Shown in pieces: positions 49,576 to 57,473 of a stretch of 57,473 bases of DNA (positions within the stretch are counted from its first letter, which is position 1; each line of letters starts with the position of its first letter). The position numbers and the translations under genes were made by a program. Under the pieces are notes generated by a model. That model searched no databases. It saw only the letters and a list, made by a program, of their open reading frames with translations, and was not told where the DNA came from. The stretch comes from Octopus sinensis (Eukaryota). The DNA is taken from NCBI RefSeq assembly GCF_006345805.1, contig NW_021835249.1, positions 1 to 57,473 on the forward strand, read 5' to 3'.

Positions 49576-50377
49576 GACGACGACGTCGACGGCCAAGATA
49601 ACGATGACTGAGACAAAGAGGACGAAGATAGCGATGATAATGATGATGAGGATGGTGAGGATGATAAAGACGACGACGACGACGATGATGATGATGGTTT
49701 TTGCCTGTGGATGAGGCGGTTCTGGTGGTGGAGGCGATGGTGGTGGTGATGATGATGAGGATGATGACGACGACGACGACGATGTTGATGATATGTGAAA
49801 ATGAACGAGGAGGAGGGTGAGGATGATAAAAACGATGATATGATGATGGTTTTTGCCTGTGGATGAGGCGGTTCTGGTGGTGGAGGCGATGGTGGTGGTG
49901 ATGATGATGAGGATGATGACGACGACGACGACGACGATGTTGATGATGATGGTGAAAATGATAACGAGTAGGAGGGTGAGGATGATAAAAACGATGATGA
50001 TGATGATGGTTTTGCCTGTGGATGAGGCGGTAGTGGTGGTTGTGGAGGTGGAGGTGATGGTGGTGGTGATGATGATGATGACGACGACGACGACGACGAC
50101 GATGATGTTGATGATGATGGTTGTGATGGTGATAGTGATGCTGGTCACGATGTCAACGACGACATTGATGATGATGGCGACAACGTCGTGGACAATGATG
50201 GTAACGCCGACGACGACAATGACGACAAAGATAACAATGATGATGATACAGATGACGAAGAGGAGGAAGATGAAGATGATGACGACGACGATGACCATGA
50301 TGTTTGTGGTGTTGGATGAGGTGGTAGCGGTGGCTGTGGCGGTGGTGGCGATGATGAGGATGATGATGATGATAATG

Positions 50378-50409
<32 letters not shown>

Positions 50410-50441
50410 GATGATGATGGTGATGATAATGATGGTGATGG

Positions 50442-50475
<34 letters not shown>

Positions 50476-50500
50476 AATGGTGATGATGATGGTGATGGTG

Positions 50501-50532
<32 letters not shown>

Positions 50533-50555
50533 GATGATGATGATGATGAGGATGG

Positions 50556-50602
<47 letters not shown>

Positions 50603-50815
50603 GTGATGGTGATGATGATGGTGATGGTGATGATGATGGTAGTGATGATGATGATGATGATGATGATTGCAAACATGAGAAGAATGTAGATGATGTTGAT
50701 GGTGACGATAAGATGGTAGATGCTGGTGCTGCTAATGATGATGATGATGGTGATGACGATGATGATAATGATGGTGATAATGATGATAATAAAGGGGGTG
50801 GTGATGGTGGTGGAA
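49005..50815. repeat. ~1.8-kb (GAT)n-based array with an embedded ~155-bp higher-order unit
   Basis: Directly visible; the unit marker ggttt(t)tgcctgtggatgaggcgg lies at 49696, 49848 and 50008. Confidence 0.95.
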
Positions 50816-51209
50816 ATTACAATGGATTTTAAGAAAGCATCACTCACATCCATTTGACAAGTCAATTATTTAACCAAATAAAGTAAAATAAAATAAAATA
50901 AAATAAAATAATACAACGTAAAATAAAATTATTTATATAAAAAAAAAATGAAAAGCAAGTGGGAAACGAAACAAAAACAAAACAAAAACACCCCAGTCAT
51001 CCCGTAAAAAACAAATAAATAAATATAGGAAGATAGATAAAAATAAAAAAGAATAAGTAACCAAGAAGGCGCATAAAAAAATGGCGAAGAAAGCGAGGCG
51101 GGAAAAGAGTATGGCGAAGATGGAAGGAGAGATTTAGTAGGTGATAAACGTGAAGGATGGGCGAACCAATGGGACGTGCCATCTCTGGTTTGACTAACAA
51201 CGAGACTCT

Positions 51210-51212
<3 letters not shown>

Positions 51213-51273
<61 letters not shown>

Positions 51274-52226
51274 GTATGTGTGTGTATGTATGGAGTGATG
51301 TACGTATAGATTGAAAGATGTGTGTATGTGTATGGTACATGTGACATGTATGTATGTATGTATGTAAGTATGTGTGTATGTATGTATGTTTGTATGTATA
51401 TTTGTATATATGTATGTATGTGCGTATGTATGTATGTTTGTATGTATATATATATCTATGTATGTTTGTTTTTATTTGTATATATGTATGTGTGATATAT
51501 ATGAATGCATGCATGTATGCTTGTATGTACGTATGTGTTTGTATGTATATTTGTATATATGTGTATGTGTGGTATTTATGAATGTATGTATGTACGCATG
51601 TATGTATGTTTGTATGTATATATGTACGTATGTACGTATGTACGTATGTATGTATACGTGTATGTATGTATGTATATTTGTATGCACGAATATATGTATG
51701 TATATATATATCTATGTATATATGTATATAAATATATGTATGTATGTATGTGCGTATGTATGTATGTTTGTATGTATATATAGATGATTTTGATTTATCT
51801 CTGTATGCATGTATATATGTATGTATGTGCGTATTTATGTATGTTTGTATGTATGTATGGATGAACGAATGATGTATTGGTATATGTACATGTACATCGA
51901 TGTAGATATATGTGTATGTATATGCGTCAGTATGTATATGCGTGTATGTATGTATCTATCAGTCTATATATGTATGTTTCTATGAAAATCTGTATGCATA
52001 TCAATAAATTTGTATACATACATAACTAAATGCATACATATATGAATGCATTTACATATATGCATGTATATATGTACATGCATATGTACGTACGTATGTA
52101 TTATACGTGTATGTATTTATATGTATGTATACATATATAGATATACATATATATCTGTGTATGTATATGTATATGCATGTATACATACATACGTATATAA
52201 TACATATATATATTATAAATATAATA

Positions 52227-52272
<46 letters not shown>

Positions 52273-52442
52273 TATATATATATAAATGTGCTTGCATTTG
52301 ATTTTAAGTATAAATATACTTTTGTTGTGTATATGTGTATATATATACATAAACTTTTATGCATACGTGTTCTTACGGACGTACACCACACACACACACA
52401 CATATATATATATATAACACATATATACATATACATATATAG

Positions 52443-52487
<45 letters not shown>

Positions 52488-52670
52488 GTGTATATATATA
52501 CATATATATATATGAATATACATGCATATACATATACATATATACATATATATACATATATATACATATACCTATGTATATATATGTATATATATATATC
52601 TTTATATATATATACATTTATATATGTATAGATGCATGTATATATATATATATAAATATAATATATATAC
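51213..52670. repeat. (TG)n/(TATG)n/(TA)n compound microsatellites
   Basis: Directly visible. Confidence 0.95.
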
Positions 52671-53483
52671 TCACACAGATATAGGTGTATGGTGCGTATG
52701 TCATGGATTCTTCTTAATTAGGACAGCTAGTAACAGGAAGGTATTGTCAAAATTCTATAAAAATTAACTGAAACATTATATTAGACAATGGCTCCATGTT
52801 GCGTTGTTTGGAAACCACACTCTGCCACCACCACCACCACCGCCACAAACGCCAACACCGCCACAGACACCAACACCACCACGTTCTCCACCAACATCGC
52901 TGTATTTCTCAGATCCTCCCAACACCTCCTATAGAAAAAGAATCTATAAAACCTGAAACGGAGACAAATCAGCGAAACGGAGACAAACAGTAACGAGTAT
53001 CATTGAATGAAAATATTTTAATGAATAATTGGCTGCAGATTGGAAATCAATTTTATCAGCTAAAAAATATCAAAAACCAAAATAAAACACCGAGAAATAC
53101 ATTGATTTTTCCCCCACAAAAGAAAACAAACAAATAAGGCTTCACTTTGCCGAAAGAAAAATAATAATACAAAAATACAAAAAATAATGAAAAAAAAAGG
53201 AGAGAATATAATTTTAACGAAAGACAGTTTGTAGGTTCTGGCAGATGTCTAGTCTTAATTTCTGAGGAAAAAAAATGTTTTTAGATAGAAATATATGTGA
53301 TTTTACACGATGAAAAGTTTAACGTTTCGGATACATGTCATTCTTCAGAGAAAAATAATCTCTCCGAAGAAAACAAGAACATAAATAGAAAGTAAGAAGA
53401 ATTTTTATGACAAATATTAAATCATGGCCTTTGACACGTCTGTTTTTCTTTTCTTTTCTAGAGAAGATTAATTGTCCCGAAAG

Positions 53484-53632
53484 TTTCGGCTCGCAGCGTT
53501 CAAATTTCTCAGTGGTGAACTTTACCAATTCTGCTTTCAGGGTCTACATTTTATCCAGCACTAGGATCGATTGTTTAGCAGCAGCATCATTTTAATCATC
53601 ATCATCATCATCATCATCATCGCCATCACCAT
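53484..53632 (+). repeat. Left arm of a local inverted duplication (old SINE-B remnant plus (CAT)n)
   Basis: Reverse complement of 55645-55820. Confidence 0.9.
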
Positions 53633-53681
53633 AGTGTTCTTTTCTCTCTCTCTCCCTCTTTTATATATATATATATATACA

Positions 53682-53844
53682 CAGTGTACATTTAAACACA
53701 TAAGAGGTATCCGTCATACATGGTAAATGCTTTTATTTTTCATTCCCTTCGAAGTTTTATCCCTAATAGTGATTTTGGACTTGGGCTGCCTATCGTCCCA
53801 AGAATCCTATGACGGATACCTCTTATGTGTTTAAATGTACACTG
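53682..53844. mobile_element. Tc1/pogo-like MITE (short form) with perfect 37-bp TIRs
   Basis: cagtgtacatttaaacacataagaggtatccgtcata (53682-718) and its exact reverse complement (53808-844), followed by TA. Confidence 0.92.
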
Positions 53845-53944
53845 TATTTATATGAATAATATATAGTCTATTGACTAATTTTTCTACACGCTAGGCCACT
53901 GGTAGTAAAAATTTCTAAAATCTTTATTACCCTGATATTATTAA

Positions 53945-53986
<42 letters not shown>

Positions 53987-54118
53987 AATGGCGGTGCCCC
54001 AGCATGGCCACAGCTCATGAGCTGAAAGTGGAAGTATCAAAATCAAATATATATGTATATATATAGATATATATATATATATGTAATATGTATATTATAT
54101 ATATAGATATTATATATA

Positions 54119-54174
<56 letters not shown>

Positions 54175-54177
54175 ACA

Positions 54178-54752
54178 GAGTCACTACTCTAGGAGGAGCA
54201 GTGTCTCATCGTCTTTCACCTTCATAATTGGAGACGCATCTTGGCCATCATATAGACCGACCACATCACCAAAGTCCTTAACCGAGCCAAGATACCGAGC
54301 ATACACATCTTTCGCCAGCAGCGTCGTTTGCGCTGGTTCAGTCATGTTCATCGCATGTCAGGCGGAAGGATCCCAAAAGACTTCTTGTACGGTGAATTAG
54401 CTAACGGTACAAGAGCACGCGACGACCTCATCTTCGTTTCAAAGATGTTCGTAAGAAATATGAAATTGCTCTGAGATGCAAATACTGTGAAAGTAAACGA
54501 AGGCAAATACTACGAAAGGGAAGGAAGAGAGCAGAAGAAAAACAGGAACTAGCCATCAAAGAAAAGAGCACTCGACGGAGGAAAAAAATCCGCAACACCG
54601 GCAGAGAGCTCCCTCAAATGCAGTCGCTGTATGCGTGACTGCTACTCCCGTGTGAGCTTCTACTGCCACAGCACACGCTATACCAGTACTACCAGCCGAC
54701 ACAATTTCTATGGGCGCAGATCCATGCCCTCTCGAGACCAATGGATGCATAC
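54178..54752 (+). mobile_element. RTE LINE 3' end (5'-truncated) inserted in (TA)n
   Basis: RQQRRLRWFSHVHRMSGGRIPKDFLYGELANGTRAR.RPHLRFKD, terminal CSRCMRDCYSRV..H zinc finger, and RTE-type tail gcagatccatgccctctcgagaccaatggatgc. Confidence 0.92.
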
Positions 54753-55168
54753 TATGTATGTATATATCAGCCGAAATTGCTAGATCCGGTTCTTGACTGA
54801 AGATTGAAGGCTTCGAATGTCCCGTCCTTTTTTTTTTGTATCGTCTTCTAAATGTTTTGCATTCTTGTCCCAGTTTGTATTTTTTTACATATATATATAT
54901 ATATATATAATCATTACAGATATAGGGTGAAAGATTATTAATTTAATAAAATCAACAAATTTCACCTAGTAGTTTTTCGGTATGGAAAAGGATCATATTC
55001 GGTAAAAACTTATACAAAAACTTATACACATGCCATGTGTGAGTTACAAATATTATTGTCTGTGGAGATATATTTTTGTAGAAAAAGGAAATAGTAGTCT
55101 TTTGGGTGCAACTTCTAAAATTTTCGGTATGAGTTTAAGCAACTTGTTCCTAAACCCTTATTGTTATG

Positions 55169-55201
<33 letters not shown>

Positions 55202-55567
55202 ATTAATATTTGCTGACCTAGACACCACATACACACAAACACACATACGTGTATTTATTGATTGGCAGCCTTCGATATTTTTTGCAGTCAAAGAGATTAT
55301 TTTATGTCCGTATTTCCAAGCAATTATTCTTTAAACATTTATCTACTTCGTGATTTACCGTTCCAAAAATTCAAAAAAAAATCTATTTATATAGAGGACA
55401 ACGATTAAGAAATTCTTTGTTAGGAAGTCTACATGTATTCCACCAGTACATAAGAAATAACACTAGCGCCAAGTGTATATCAATTCTTGAAAATAAGAGT
55501 GTGAAGTTCTGGAAAAGTTGAATATGAATGTAAGAAAATCCATTGTTCCACAAGAACGGTAAAAAAT

Positions 55568-55568
55568 A

Positions 55569-55599
<31 letters not shown>

Positions 55600-55712
55600 A
55601 AGAAGAAGAAGAAGAAGAAGAAGAAGAAGAAGAAGAAGAAGACGATGGTGATGGCGATGATGATGATGATGATGACGATGATGATGATGATGACGATGAT
55701 GATAATGATTAA
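55568..55712. repeat. (AAG)n then (GAT)n microsatellite
   Basis: Directly visible; explains the poly-Lys and poly-Phe ORFs. Confidence 0.97.
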
Positions 55713-55820
55713 AATGATACTGCTGCTGATCAATCGATCCTAGTGCTGAATTAAATGTAAACCCTGAAAGCAGAATTGGTAAAGTTCAGCACTGAGAAAT
55801 TTGAACGCTGTGAGCCGAAA
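55645..55820 (-). repeat. Right arm of the local inverted duplication
   Basis: Reverse complement of 53484-53632. Confidence 0.9.
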
Positions 55821-55844
55821 CGAATACCGCAAGGCATTCTGATC

Positions 55845-56165
55845 ACACAAACAAACACACACGCACACACACATATGCAGACACGCACACACACACATGC
55901 AAACACATGCACACACACAGACACACATACACACGTGTGCGTGTAAACACACACACATACATGCACACGCACGCACACATACGCGCGCACACACATACAT
56001 ACACACACACGCACACACACACATATGCAGACACACACATACACATGCACACACATGCATACACAGAGACACACATACGCATACACACGTGTGCGTGCGA
56101 ACACACACACATACATGCACACGCACGCACACATACGCACACGCACACACACACACACACACATG
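55845..56165. repeat. Degenerate (CA)n/(CACG) microsatellite
   Basis: Directly visible. Confidence 0.95.
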
Positions 56166-57418
56166 CCGCTGAGATAAATAATGATCGAAAGATTAATTTG
56201 AAGCCATTTCGCATCATATCGCTTAATGTTGTTCTACTGACTGTGAAAAGGATCGAACTCATAATAAGGAGCTCAACAGAATATAATCCACATTTTCACC
56301 GTCTCAGCCATTCATGTATCGTACGTCCAGAGTGCCCAAGAATTAGAAAGAAATCAGGGAAATTAGAGGTGGATAGAGATAAAGGTAGAGAGAAAGAAAG
56401 AGAGAGAGAGTTAAAGGCGAAGATTGTGAGATAGAGGAGGAAAAAAGAAAGAGAAGGCCGGAGACAGGAAAGGAGAACACGTGATATAGGGACAGAGAAA
56501 ATATGAGAGGAAGAGAAAGAGAGAGTGAGAGAGAGATGTGATACAATGAAAGGAAGATAACGGCTAAAAGTGGCGATGGCTGCAATAATAAACGAAAATG
56601 ATTGAAGACAAAAAGGACAAAAAAAGGTAGAAAGGAATGGTAAATCGCAGATGGAAGAATAGAGTATAATAACGCACGATAGAGTAATAATAAAACGATA
56701 ATAGAAGCGATAATAGAAAGCAGTAAATGCGGCGATGAGAGAATAAAAGACGAGAGGGAGAATTGTGACGATAAGAGGCTAGAAACGGAAGTGCTGATAA
56801 GAACGCGCAAAGCGGAAGTATTGATAAAAGTTAAGAAGCGGAAGTGACGATAAGAGATGAAAATGAATAAACGAAAATATAATAATAAAATATAGAATGT
56901 ATAAATGTATAAAAACATAAAATATAAAGAGGAAAAAATAACAGATAATAAAAATATAATGAAAACATAAAAAGAAATAATAATAATAATAATATATATA
57001 AAATAAAAACCGGAAATGATGATACAAAGAAAAAGAAAATACGATATTCAAGATGGCTACGGTGCTGAGGCGGGGAGCGGGAAGAAGCATGATCGAATAA
57101 TCTGTTATAAGGAGAAAATCTGTAATAATGAAATCGATAATTAGAATTAATGACAGATGAAATATTAATATCAAGAACGAAGGAATGTGTTGAAAGATAA
57201 ATGGAAAAGAGAGACAGTGAGAGAGAGAAAAAAATCATTTTTCTGTAATCGTCGTTACTAATTAAATATTACACGTTAATTAAATTAATTACATCCGATT
57301 ATAATTTACCGCTCATTAATTCAGAAACATTAACTGCGTGCTTTTTGTATAATAATTATTTCGTTTCATATTATCTGTTACAAATTTATATCTGTCATAC
57401 TTTTTCCATATATGTATG

Positions 57419-57469
<51 letters not shown>

Positions 57470-57473
57470 TGTG

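Noticed and set aside
57043-57100. YY1-like caagatggct with a short ORF (MATVLRRGAGRSMIE)
   Set aside because: A stop follows after 15 codons, there is no donor site, and it lies in purine-rich low-complexity sequence.

Overview
Repeat-dense eukaryotic DNA, most likely from an Octopus genome. This is inferred from the very abundant tRNA-derived SINE families and the dense (TA)n, (TG)n, (TACA)n, (TAGA)n, (GAT)n and (ACC)n microsatellites. No host protein-coding gene can be supported, and almost all listed ORFs are microsatellite artefacts or transposon debris. Retroelements: four tRNA-derived SINE families (labelled A-D here) and decayed non-LTR retrotransposons (RTE, Tx1/L1-like, CR1/L2, R4/Dong-like REL-endonuclease type, Penelope-like with GIY-YIG). 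DNA elements: three mariner remnants (one nearly full length), two Merlin-like MITEs with exact 8-bp TSDs, Tc1/pogo-like, piggyBac-like and foldback MITEs, and non-autonomous Helitron pieces. Highlights: (1) a ~400-bp inverted repeat pair (25.8-27.6 kb) whose arms each carry a type I hammerhead-ribozyme fold; (2) SINE-B units repeatedly joined to other SINE-B copies at the same internal site; (3) a 56-bp near-perfect foldback at the truncated end of a Penelope element; (4) several closely spaced inverted SINE pairs and a second local inverted duplication that could form dsRNA. Scattered single-base indels suggest imperfectly polished long-read sequence, so base-level claims need read-level checks. 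SINE and LINE boundaries without TSDs are approximate (about 10-20 bp).
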